This document shows positions 26,114 through 35,443 of a DNA stretch of 64,000 nt, piece by piece. The DNA is from Vicinamibacterales bacterium (GTDB lineage: Bacteria; Acidobacteriota; Vicinamibacteria; Vicinamibacterales; JAMQPK01). Position numbers and translations under genes: made by a program. A model generated the notes under the pieces. The model was not told the DNA's origin. It searched no databases and worked only from the letters and a program-made list of their open reading frames with translations. Position 1 is the first letter of the stretch, and every line of letters starts with the position of its first letter. The DNA lies in the NCBI GenBank assembly GCA_963775345.1, contig CAVZIS010000006.1:344786-408785 (forward strand). Direction: 5' to 3'.

Positions 26114-29100
26114 ATGCCTCGGTACAGCAAGTTGTTCGTAACGGCGCCCGGCGTGCTTCCGATGATTCTCGTCAGATTGTCGCTAGTGTTGTTGGGCCTG
26201 CTCGCAACGGTAACCGTCGCTGAAACGGGCCAAGGAGGAGATTCGGCAGTCCGGGGACGTGTTGTGGACGATCAACAAGCCGCTGTCCCAGGTGCGGCGA
26301 TTGTCGTCACCAATCAAGAGACTGGTGCCGTCAGGGAAACCGTCTCTGGAGGGGACGGCTCATATTTCGTGACGAGCCTTCCCCCGGCCCCATACCGCAT
26401 TACGGTTGAGCTCGCAGGCTTCAGGTCACTCACGCGGGACAACGTGGTCTTGCGGCTTGGAGAAACCTCGACTGTGGATCTCCAGCTCGCATTGAGTGGA
26501 ATTGCGGAGAGCGTGACGGTGACGGGAGAGGCAGCGCAGGTCGACCTCACGTCGTCGCAAGGGGGAGGGAGCATTGCGCCGGGAGAGCTGCAGGACTTAC
26601 CGTCGGCGAATCGGGGATATGTGTCGTTGGTGGCATTGCTGCCCGGGGTCCAGTACGTTGCTGATTCGGGTGGAGACCCCTCGGTCAACATCAACGGCCA
26701 GCATGATAGCCAAGTCACCTACGTGCTCGACGGCGGCAATAACAACGATGACTCACAAGGCGGCGCCGGCGGCGCTCAGACTCGTGTCAACATTGAATCG
26801 GTTCAAGAGTTTCAAGTCATCACCAACCAGTTCGACGCTGAACATGGCCGCTCAACCGGCGGAATCGTGAACGCGATCACCAAGAGCGGCACAAACAATT
26901 TCCGTGGGAGCGGCTTCGGCTTCTTCACGGATGCGAACTATACTGCCATGGATCCCTTTGTAAAGGGGTCCGATGGCAGGATCGCAAAGCCAGATTCGCG
27001 GAAATATCAGTGGGGAGGCACCTTTGGCGGCCCGATCGTAAGGGACAAGACTCATTTCTTCTTGAGTCTCGAGCGGGTTGAGCTCGACTTCGCGAAAACG
27101 TTTGTGTATCCGACGAGGCCCGGGCTGAGTCACTCGTCGGTCGAAGATATTACTTTCACGAACCTTCTGGGGCGCGTGGACCATCAGTTGAATCCCGACA
27201 ACACACTCTCGTTTCGGTGGGTGCAGGAGCCAGCGCCGAACCGCGGTCAGATGAACGGCAGGGTGACGGAGACGGCAAAAAATCACGAGATTGACAAGGA
27301 TATTGCTGCAAATGCGTCGTACAACGTGGTCCTCAGCAACACCCGTGTGAACAGCATGCGGGCCTCGTTTACACGAGAGGATATCAAGCGGGGACCCGAG
27401 ACTGACTCGTACTGGGAGAACCAATACAGCGGTCCAAGGGATGGAACGGCCTTGCAGAGCGAGCTGCCGATGCTTCGTTTCCTCAGTTTCGACGACCAGA
27501 ATACTCAGCAAGGACAAGACAAGATCTTGGACAATTACTCCTTCGACAATACGTTCAGTTGGTTCGTGCCTGGGAAACGAGGCGACCATGATCTGAAGTT
27601 CGGTGCGCAATATGTGCTTGGAACGCACGACTACGTAGAGGCTGGCAGTTCCAACGGGATTTTTACGTTTGCTGGCGACGCAGCGTTCAGCGCTGCCAAC
27701 CCGTCAACCTATCCCGAGCGTCTGACAATTCGTGTGCCGGGGGCGCAACTTTTCATCCCGTTCTCTCATGCCCTGGGCCTCTTCGCGCAGGACAAATGGC
27801 GTCTGACCCCAAAACTCACGATGAGTCTGGGACTCCGCTGGGACATCGACGTCATCCCAATCTCATCGGGGGATTTCAATCCTCTCTTTTCTGATCGGGA
27901 CGATTATCCAGTCGATAAGAACAACTTCCAGCCGCGCGTGGGATTTGCCTACAACCTCGACGGAAAGTCGGTCCTCCGTGGCGGAGCAGGGATTTTTCAC
28001 TCGAGAATGTGGTTCAATCACTTCCAAAACGCCATGACGCAAGGGGTATACACGAGTTCCTTCATCGCCAACTTCCCGGTCAGCGGGCCAGACCCCGGAC
28101 CGAGTCGGGGACAGTTCCCGACCGACCCACTGCTCGTCAATGGGCCTTTTGTGAATCGCGATCTGCTGCAAACGCTCGTTCCTTACCCCATCCGTAACTC
28201 CGCTGCCGTGGTCCTGGACAACCCTGACCGTATCAACCCCTCGACGCGTCAGGTTTCGCTCGGGTACGAACGCCAACTGCGATCAATGTTGTCGTTCGGG
28301 GCCGACTACGTACACAATTGGGGGAAAAATGAGGGCATCCAATACGATTTGAATCCGGCTGTGCGGGCAAGCATAGCCCGGACGGCACCGATCGTTCGCA
28401 CGGATTTGCTGGGGATTGCTAATCAATTGGGAATCTCACCATTTCTCAACTCGGTCAGGGTCGGCGAGTACATTGGTGAATCCCAGTACGATGGCCTTAA
28501 CCTCCAGTTGGAAAAGCGATTTGCGAATGCGTGGCAAGGGCGCGTATCGTACACGCTGGGTTATGTCCGCGGGAACACCGGTGGTGCGCCAATTCCCGTC
28601 AATAACTTCCAGGTGCTCGGCGAGCGGAATCTTGATCTGAACTATGGCCCGAACGATGCCGACCGCCGTCACATCCTCAGCATTAGTGGCCGATTTGAGG
28701 TGCCAGGGATTCAGGGCCTGAACATCAGCGGCGTGTTCCGAGCGATGACTGGGCGGCCGTTCACCATTCACGACAGTAATTTCGATCTCGATCGAAACGG
28801 CATTCTCTTTGACCCACTTCCGGCCGGGGAATATAGCGGCACGGGAGTCAATGCTTGGACGGTCGAAAACAAGGGCGGCCGCAACGGCGCGGTTGGGCAT
28901 GGCTACGCCAATCTTGATGCGCGCATCAGTTACCGTTTTCGTGTCGCAACGGAGAGAACTCTCGATGTGTTTGGTGAGATCTTCAACGTCACGAACGAAC
29001 CGAACTACGCCAACCCCACTGGCGACCGCCGCTCGCCGGACTTCCTGGTTCCAACCGACTTCGAAGGCGGCGGAGCGGTTCCACGGCAAGGACAGATTGG

Positions 29101-29119
29101 TATTCGGCTCGGCTTCTGA
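26114..29119 (+). CDS. TonB-dependent receptor with CarboxypepD_reg N-domain (intact; cassette type I, copy 1)
   Basis: AAGGAG lies upstream of ATG 26114. Then GRVVDDQQAAVPGAAIVVTNQETGAVRETVSGGDGSYFVTSLPPAPYRITVELAGF, a plug and a barrel ending QGQIGIRLGF. Confidence 0.92.
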   Translation: MPRYSKLFVTAPGVLPMILVRLSLVLLGLLATVTVAETGQGGDSAVRGRVVDDQQAAVPGAAIVVTNQETGAVRETVSGGDGSYFVTSLPPAPYRITVELAGFRSLTRDNVVLRLGETSTVDLQLALSGIAESVTVTGEAAQVDLTSSQGGGSIAPGELQDLPSANRGYVSLVALLPGVQYVADSGGDPSVNINGQHDSQVTYVLDGGNNNDDSQGGAGGAQTRVNIESVQEFQVITNQFDAEHGRSTGGIVNAITKSGTNNFRGSGFGFFTDANYTAMDPFVKGSDGRIAKPDSRKYQWGGTFGGPIVRDKTHFFLSLERVELDFAKTFVYPTRPGLSHSSVEDITFTNLLGRVDHQLNPDNTLSFRWVQEPAPNRGQMNGRVTETAKNHEIDKDIAANASYNVVLSNTRVNSMRASFTREDIKRGPETDSYWENQYSGPRDGTALQSELPMLRFLSFDDQNTQQGQDKILDNYSFDNTFSWFVPGKRGDHDLKFGAQYVLGTHDYVEAGSSNGIFTFAGDAAFSAANPSTYPERLTIRVPGAQLFIPFSHALGLFAQDKWRLTPKLTMSLGLRWDIDVIPISSGDFNPLFSDRDDYPVDKNNFQPRVGFAYNLDGKSVLRGGAGIFHSRMWFNHFQNAMTQGVYTSSFIANFPVSGPDPGPSRGQFPTDPLLVNGPFVNRDLLQTLVPYPIRNSAAVVLDNPDRINPSTRQVSLGYERQLRSMLSFGADYVHNWGKNEGIQYDLNPAVRASIARTAPIVRTDLLGIANQLGISPFLNSVRVGEYIGESQYDGLNLQLEKRFANAWQGRVSYTLGYVRGNTGGAPIPVNNFQVLGERNLDLNYGPNDADRRHILSISGRFEVPGIQGLNISGVFRAMTGRPFTIHDSNFDLDRNGILFDPLPAGEYSGTGVNAWTVENKGGRNGAVGHGYANLDARISYRFRVATERTLDVFGEIFNVTNEPNYANPTGDRRSPDFLVPTDFEGGGAVPRQGQIGIRLGF

Positions 29120-29144
29120 CAGTCCAACTCGAGATGGAGGATTT

Positions 29145-30300
29145 ATGAGATTGCGACAGTTCACGCGTGCGCTCATGCTCGTTGCGCTGGGGACGTTCAC
29201 AGTTCTGAGCGTCCATGCCCGAGCCATCGACCCCTATCTGCTGGTGATGGGCAACAAGCTCAAGCCCAACAAGGCGACCCACCAGGAGAAGCTCTACATC
29301 TCGAACGAGCAGTCCAACACGCTGACGGTCGTGGATGTCGCGACCAACAAGGTCATCAACACGATCGTGATCGGAGAAACTCCGCACGGCCTTGCTGCCG
29401 CACCATCGGGGGAGCTTCTGTATGCCGGGAGCGAGGGAGATGGCTCGGTCAGAGTCATCGACACGATCACCGACAAGGTCGTGAAGACGTATCCTTTCTT
29501 CGGCTACGAGCCCAACGAGTTCGACATCTCGGAAGACGGACGGTATCTCGTCGTCCCCTCTGTACATGGGCTACTACCAGATATTCGACACCCAGAAGGA
29601 AGAAATCGTGGAGTACGTTCACACCAAGGGGGTGCCGCACAACACGATCGTCGCGGAGGGCAACGCGTATCTGTTTCCGACATTCACAAACGAAGGGCAT
29701 TTGAAACGGCAAGCAGGGCTGCCGACTACCCAGCCGCGTGAGATCACCATCGTGTCATTGAAAACCCTCAAAGTCGTCGGGGCCATCCCGATTCCAGCTG
29801 CGTCGCGGCCGCCCACCATCAGTCCCGACGGCAAGCGCCTCTACGTGCAAACTGGAGGTCCTACCGTTTACGGCAACCTGATGGGGTTCCTCGTCATCGA
29901 CATTCCGTCGAGGAAGGTGATCTCGCAGGCTGAGCACATGCTGACCCCCGAGGAAAAGGCGGGGCCGGGACGGTCGCACGGGATAACGGTCGCGGCTGGC
30001 GGCCGGGAAGTCTGGTCTGCGGATGTGAACCACAAGGCGACGTTCGTATTCGACGTCACCGTGCTTCCACCCAAGCAGATCGCGCGAATTCCGATGGATG
30101 GGCAACCTTACTGGGCGACATCGTCATTGGACGGCAATATCGTGTACGTCGCGGCTTCTCCGGATCACTTCGTCGTTGCGTACGATGCCGCGACGAAAAA
30201 GCAGATTGCACGGTTTGATCTTCCCAAAATGGGACCGAAGCGGATGCTTGCCGTGAACGTGCCGCGCAAAGCGTCGACGACGACCACGACGTCGCGATGA
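29145..30300 (+). pseudogene. YVTN/YncE-like 7-bladed beta-propeller, secreted (copy A; single frameshift)
   Basis: GGAGG, then ATG 29145 and a signal peptide MRLRQFTRALMLVALGTFTVLSVHA. YVTN-type repeats follow (LYISNEQSNTLTVVDVATNKVINTI..PHGLA). The frame breaks at about 29553, where one extra t is present relative to copy B (ccctcTgtacatggg); the protein continues as SYMGYYQIFDTQKEE... to 30300. Confidence 0.75.
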
Positions 30301-30348
30301 CCGATCTCGGAGTGCACTGAAGCGATCGGCCCCCTGGCAGAGTAGGGA

Positions 30349-30879
30349 ATGATTCGAAGGACGTTTCTGGGGTATGGGCTCATGCTCCTCGGTCGGAGCC
30401 GGCGGGTGTGGGCCCAGGCCGCCAGCGAGTCGGTGCGCTACAGCCCGCTGGCCTCGTCAGTCCGAATTCCACTCAGTGACTTGACTGCTCCACTGAGCCC
30501 TGTACCGTTCACGGCCGAAGCCGTTCTCCCGCCCGCGGCGTCTGTGCCCGGTCAGCGTGTGCGGTTGAGCGGGATGCTCTTCCGCAAGTCGACCGGCGAT
30601 GACACCGCGGAGCGGTTCACCGCCCTCTGCACGATCTGCCCTCATGAATCCTGCCTGGTCAAGTTCGTTGATGACCCGACAATGGCGTCTGAGCTGAGCG
30701 AGGGCGCCACCTCGAGTCCGGTCTTTTCCTGTGGGTGCCATCACAGCGCCTTCCATGGCGTGGACGGGAACAAGATCAACGGTCCGACGCACCGCGGCTT
30801 GTACCGCTTTCGAGTGACCGATGTCAGTGAAGGAGCCGTCGTGATCGGCGAAGTGGAAGAGGCTTTGCTCCTCGCATGA
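30349..30879 (+). CDS. Tat-exported Rieske [2Fe-2S]-type protein (copy A, intact)
   Basis: Twin-arginine leader MIRRTFLGYGLMLLG...VWAQA. Rieske box I C97-P-H-E-S-C102 and box II C128-G-C-H-H-S-A-F. 176 aa. Confidence 0.8.
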   Translation: MIRRTFLGYGLMLLGRSRRVWAQAASESVRYSPLASSVRIPLSDLTAPLSPVPFTAEAVLPPAASVPGQRVRLSGMLFRKSTGDDTAERFTALCTICPHESCLVKFVDDPTMASELSEGATSSPVFSCGCHHSAFHGVDGNKINGPTHRGLYRFRVTDVSEGAVVIGEVEEALLLA

Positions 30880-31990
30880 TAGTCAGGATAGCGGTACTCG
30901 TTCTCTCCACGCTGATCATTCCGGCTTCTGTCTCGCACTCGGTCTTCGATTGGCCGGGGCGGGGCGTGCTGCCCAGCAGCGAGCGAACGCACCCGCACAC
31001 GTTTCAAATCAATCGCGCCTGGCTGAAATTACCTGGGAAATGGAAGCTGGGAGACGCCTCCAGCGTCGCAGTCGATGCACGGGATCATGTCTGGGTGCTT
31101 CATCGCCCGCGAACCCTTCCCACCGACCAGATCGCGAGCACCGCGCCGCCCGTGCTGGAGTTCGATGCGGCCGATAACTTCATTCAAGGCTGGGGCGGAC
31201 CGGGGAATGGATACCAGTGGCCGGAGAGGGAGCACGGCCTCTATGTGGACTACAGGAACCACGGGCTGGTGGATCGGAGCCAACTAATTGCCCGCGACAG
31301 CAAGCTTCCTGGACTCAAGCCCGTCGCAGATGACCAGCTCGTCAAGTTCACCACAACTGGCAAATTTGTGATGCAGGTCGGCCGGAGTAATGCGAGCGGT
31401 GGTAACAGCGATACACGCAATCTACACAGGACCCGCAGACGTATCTGTGTATCGGAAGACGAACGAGGTGTTCGTGGCAGATGGGTACGGCAACCACCGC
31501 GTGATTGTTTTCGATGCAGAGACCGGCGTATTCAAACGGGCATGGGGCGCCTTTGGCAACAAACCGATAGATGACGACCACTGTCCTGCGTAAATCGCTC
31601 CTCCAACCACAAAAGATGGGAGCTCTGGTCCTCAACAGTTCGCCATTGTCCACGCGGTTCGCGTGTCGAATGATGGGTTGGTCTACGTCGCCGATCGAGA
31701 AGAGAACAGACGGGTCCAAGTGTTCAGCATCGAGTGGTAAGTTCATCGATCAGGTCTTTGTGGGCCGCCAGCCAGAGACCGGAGGGGCGTCCGTCGTCGC
31801 CTTCTCGTCGGCCCCGCAGCAGCAGTTTCTCTACGTCGGAGGTGGTTCGCTTAGATAACAGTTCTCGATCACAAGACACTCGCGCCCAGAAGCGTCCTTT
31901 GGCGGCAAAGGAGTCTTGTGTGGATCCACCACATGGCGGTCGACACGAAAGGTAACGTTTACGTAGCAGCGCTTAGTCAAGGCATCAAAG
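30876..31990 (+). pseudogene. PAL-like NHL-repeat propeller (copy A; frameshifts plus in-frame stop)
   Basis: Homologous to the intact copy at 46015, and its start overlaps the Rieske stop (ATGA). There is a scrambling +6 nt indel cluster near 31255-31300, an extra g near 31428 and a nonsense codon (cac tgt cct gcg TAA, about 31590) where copy B reads HCPAAPAPP. Confidence 0.8.
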
Positions 31991-32054
31991 GTACTTTTCA
32001 GAGGGTTTTCAGCGGCTCTGAACCAATAACCCTTCCTCTCCTTATAAGCCCAGA

Positions 32055-32096
32055 AGAATTACTGATTGGCGTGCGACTCCCAGAGATAACTAGACT
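32055..32096 (+). promoter_or_regulatory. Conserved upstream element with sigma70-like promoter (copy c)
   Basis: AGAATTACTGATTGGCG contains -35 TTGGCG (32066-32071), a 19-nt spacer and -10 TAGACT (32091-32096). It lies about 50 nt upstream of the decayed TBDR at 32145. Confidence 0.3.
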
Positions 32097-32144
32097 CGGG
32101 TTCAATCCCAGGACGAATTCAAGAATTGAAGGAAGGAGTGGCCA

Positions 32145-35071
32145 ATGAGTCTCGTCAGGTTTTCAGGTACGGCGGTCGGTCTGCTGATGGCCGCAACGCT
32201 AGCGGAAGCGCAGCAAGGCGGGGGCTCCGCCATTCAGGGTCGGGCGGTAGACCAGCAACAGGCTGTTCTTCCCGGAGTGACGATCGTGATCACACACCAA
32301 GAAACTGGGACATTTCGTGAAACGGCCACTGGGCCCGAAGGCACGTACTTCATTACCGGCCTTCCTCCTGGCCCTTACCGTGTCACGGCCGATCTTGCAG
32401 GGTTTCAAGAGACTTACCCGTGAGAACGTTCGCCTCCAGCTGGGAGCCACGCAGACGCTTGAGCTGACGCTCGAAGTCGGGGCAGTAGCGGAGACTGTGA
32501 CAGTCTCAGGTCAGGCGGCTCTGGTCGACCTCACTTCCGCCCAGGTCGGAGGGACCTTGGAACCGCTGAGTTAACGGAACTACCTACGCCCTCCCGCAAC
32601 ATCGTCGGCTTCGTCGCGATGTTACCTGGAGTTCAGCTCAACCCCGATCCAGGGTCCGATCGGTTAACGTCAACGGACAACGCGATAGCAAGTCAATTTT
32701 GTGCTCGACGGTGGGAACAACACTGACGACGTCGCAGGATCCCCTGGAGGCTCGCAGGCACGGGCGCCATTGGAGGCAATTCAAGAAATGCAAGTGGTGA
32801 CCAACCAGTTCGACGTGGAATTCGGCCGAACGACCGGCGGCATCGTGAACGCAATCACAAAGGCTGGGACCAACGTCGTGCGCGGGTCCGCGTTCGGCCA
32901 CTTCACCAACTCAGGCATGACGGTGCCAACGATCTTCGTTGAGCAATCGGGAGGGCGTCTCGAGGAGGCGGATACGGCCAAGCGCCAATGGGGGGGCACG
33001 GTCGGCGGGCCAATTGTGCGTGACAAACTTCACTTCTTCTCAAGTTTCGAGCGGTAGTCCTGGGCACTGGTATATCGAATGTGTTCCCGACGAGACCGGA
33101 GTTGAGCTTCTCCGAGACACAGGGCAACAATGCGTACAACGTCCTAGTTCGCGTGGATCACCAGATAAACGCGAATAACACCTATAGTGTCCGGTACCTA
33201 ACCGAACGTCAGCCGAATCGCAACCTGATACCGGCTCCCGCGCCACGCTCACCACCTCGATTACGAGCTGGACTACGACACGACTGCCGTTGTCGCCCAT
33301 AACTGGGTCCTTGGCAACACGCAGTTAAATACGTTCCGGGTTTCGTTCGTGCAGGAAGACATCGAGCGCGGAGCCGAACCTGGGACCTTTCTGGAAACCC
33401 GTCGAAAGGATCTCGAGCCTCCCGTGCTCCGGTTCCTCAGCTTTGACGAGCAAGGGCATGTCAACGGCCAGCCGCAAAGCAAAGGCCCAGGGATTGATGA
33501 CTCGTTCAGCTGTTCGTGCCAGGGAAGCCGGCGACCACGATCTGAAGTTCGGATTTCAGTACTCGTATGCCAAGAACGACCTGTCCGAACAGGGCAGCAT
33601 GAACGGTGTCTTCACGTTCCCCGGCGATCGCCCCTTCAATGCCGCTGATCCTTCGACCTACCCGGAACGACTGTCGATTCGCGTACTGGATACCGCCGTA
33701 GCCGTCCATACAAATTCGTTGGGTACTTCGGTCAGGACAAATGGCGATCGACGAGTAAACTGACGCTGAGCCTTGGCTTGCGCTACGACGTCGACATCGT
33801 TCCGTTCCTTCAACCTGAATCCTCTTCTCGGATCCGAGCGAATATCCGGTCGACAAGAACAATTTCCAACCGCGCGCCGGCTTTGCCTACAACATGGATG
33901 GAAGATCGGTCATTCGCGGCGGCGCCGGCCGCTATTATGAAAAACTCATGATTGGTCTTTACCAGCCCCTTGCCCTGAACGGCGTATTCGGCGATTCGTT
34001 CATCGTGAACTTCCCGGTCAGGTACGCCAGACCCAGGACCGAGTCAGGGGCGCGTAGTTCATACCGATCCGATGCTTGTAAACGGCCCCGTCGTGAACCG
34101 GGAGCTGCTTAGTCAGCTTTACCCTTCGGGCACAGTAGTCCGCAACACGAGCACTGTTCAGATGGATTCCCCTGATCGCCAGCTTTCGAGATTGACTCAG
34201 GTGTCATTTGGCTATGAGCGCCAGCTTGGGCAAACATTGTCTCTTGGGCTGGATTACGTCCAGAACCGGGCCGCGGTTGGCTTGCCTACAACCTGAATCC
34301 CGGTCTCCGCGTTGACACCAGCCGAACGGGGCCGATAGTTCGCACGGATTTGTTGGGGCTAGCTCAGCAATTAGGGATTCCGCCATTTGCAAACAACGTG
34401 TATTTGAGAGCGGACTATACCGGCGGAACGCAGGGACGACGGACTCAATCTCCAATTCGAGCGGCGCTTTGCCGGATTCTGGGGGAGCCCGCGTCAGCTA
34501 CACGTTGGGCAATGCCCAGGGCAACAACGATGGAAACCCTGCGCCAGTTAACAATCTCCAGGTTTTGGAGGAGCGCAATCTCGATCTGAACTGGGGTCCG
34601 TTAGATACACTCAACAGGCGGCACAATTTGGTGCTGAGCGGTCGCCTGGAAGTGCCACAACTTAAAGGGGTGACTGTCAGCAGCGTATTCCGAATTATGA
34701 GTGGCAGGCCACTCAGTATCACGAACTCTAATGTGGATGCGGATCGGAACGGCATTCTTTTCGACCCGTTACCAGCCGGTACCTACACTGGCGTGGGCAA
34801 CAACGCGATTACGGTGAAGAACAAGGGCGGGCGCAACGGCGCTTACGGCCCGAACTATGCTCAACTTGATCTCCGGATTGGCTACCGTTTGAGGGCGGGT
34901 GGAAGCAGAACGCTCGACGCGTTCGGCGAGGTCTATAACCTTACCAACGAAACAAACTTTTTAAACCCATCTGGCGATCAAAGATTGCCGGAATTCCTGG
35001 TGCCGACTGCTCTCTTCGCCGGTGGGTTTCCCAGGCAACTGCAACTCGGCCTCCGGTTTCTGGGATTTTGA
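32145..35071 (+). pseudogene. TonB-dependent receptor (cassette type II, copy 2), heavily frameshifted
   Basis: Fragments in all three frames align in order with the TBDR at 47298: QGRAVDQQQAVLPGVTIVITHQETGTFRET..., VTNQFDVEFGRTTGGIVNAITKAGTN, RYLTERQPNR, DHDLKFGFQYSYAKNDLSEQGSMNGVFTFPGDRPFNAADPSTYPERLSIRV, and the end ...FPRQLQLGLRFLGF*. There are at least 8 frame changes. Confidence 0.85.
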
Positions 35072-35109
35072 TTGAAGGAGCATACTGAGGACGAATCATT
35101 TCGTTGAGA

Positions 35110-35350
35110 AGCTGAACATCCTGTACAGCCGCTCAGATACCATGTCGATTGTTGGTGTGACGACCAACAAGGTCATCAGGACAATCGAGGTTGTCAAGCA
35201 ACGGAAGGTATGGCCACGCCCAAAGTCGCGCTATCTGATGCCGTTCTCGACGAAGGAAGATGGTGGTCTGACAGTGGTTGACACGAACCGCGACGACGTC
35301 GTGAAGAAGTGCGGAGGCATGGAGCTTCGCCCCCACGAGGGCGATACTTC
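35110..35350 (+). pseudogene. Truncated relic of the YVTN propeller (type II)
   Basis: MSIVGVTTNKVIRTIEVVKQ...EDGGLTVVDTNRDDVVKKCGGMELRPHEGDTS aligns with residues of about 40-112 of copy D (MSVVDVATNTIIKTVEVGKQPHG...GDGGLTVVDTSRDEVVKKYGGMGLRPQEGDIT). The signal peptide and the C-terminal two-thirds are absent. Confidence 0.7.
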
Positions 35351-35443
35351 CGAGGGGCACGCAGCCCACTTCGGCTCGCTGATATGCGTTAGAGTCCCGC
35401 GCATAGCAAGGGAACCAATGCCAGACTCAAGAGGGGCAAGTTT

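Noticed and set aside
29540-29570. Programmed ribosomal frameshift in the YVTN propeller
   Set aside because: The frame break is at different positions and of different sign in copies A and B. There is no slippery heptamer at either site, and the other copies carry many additional lesions. Mutation or assembly error is more likely.
30349-30879. Rieske protein as a subunit of arsenite oxidase, the bc1 complex or a ring-hydroxylating dioxygenase
   Set aside because: No molybdopterin large subunit, cytochrome b or oxygenase alpha subunit is encoded anywhere in the window. The neighbours are conserved across three cassette copies and are propeller and NHL proteins.
32088-32112. tRNA-like T-arm sequence (ctcgggttcaatcccagg)
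   Set aside because: Only the TTCAATC loop resembles a T-loop. The flanking stem does not pair properly, and no acceptor, D or anticodon arms can be built. The homologous position in copies a and b lacks it.
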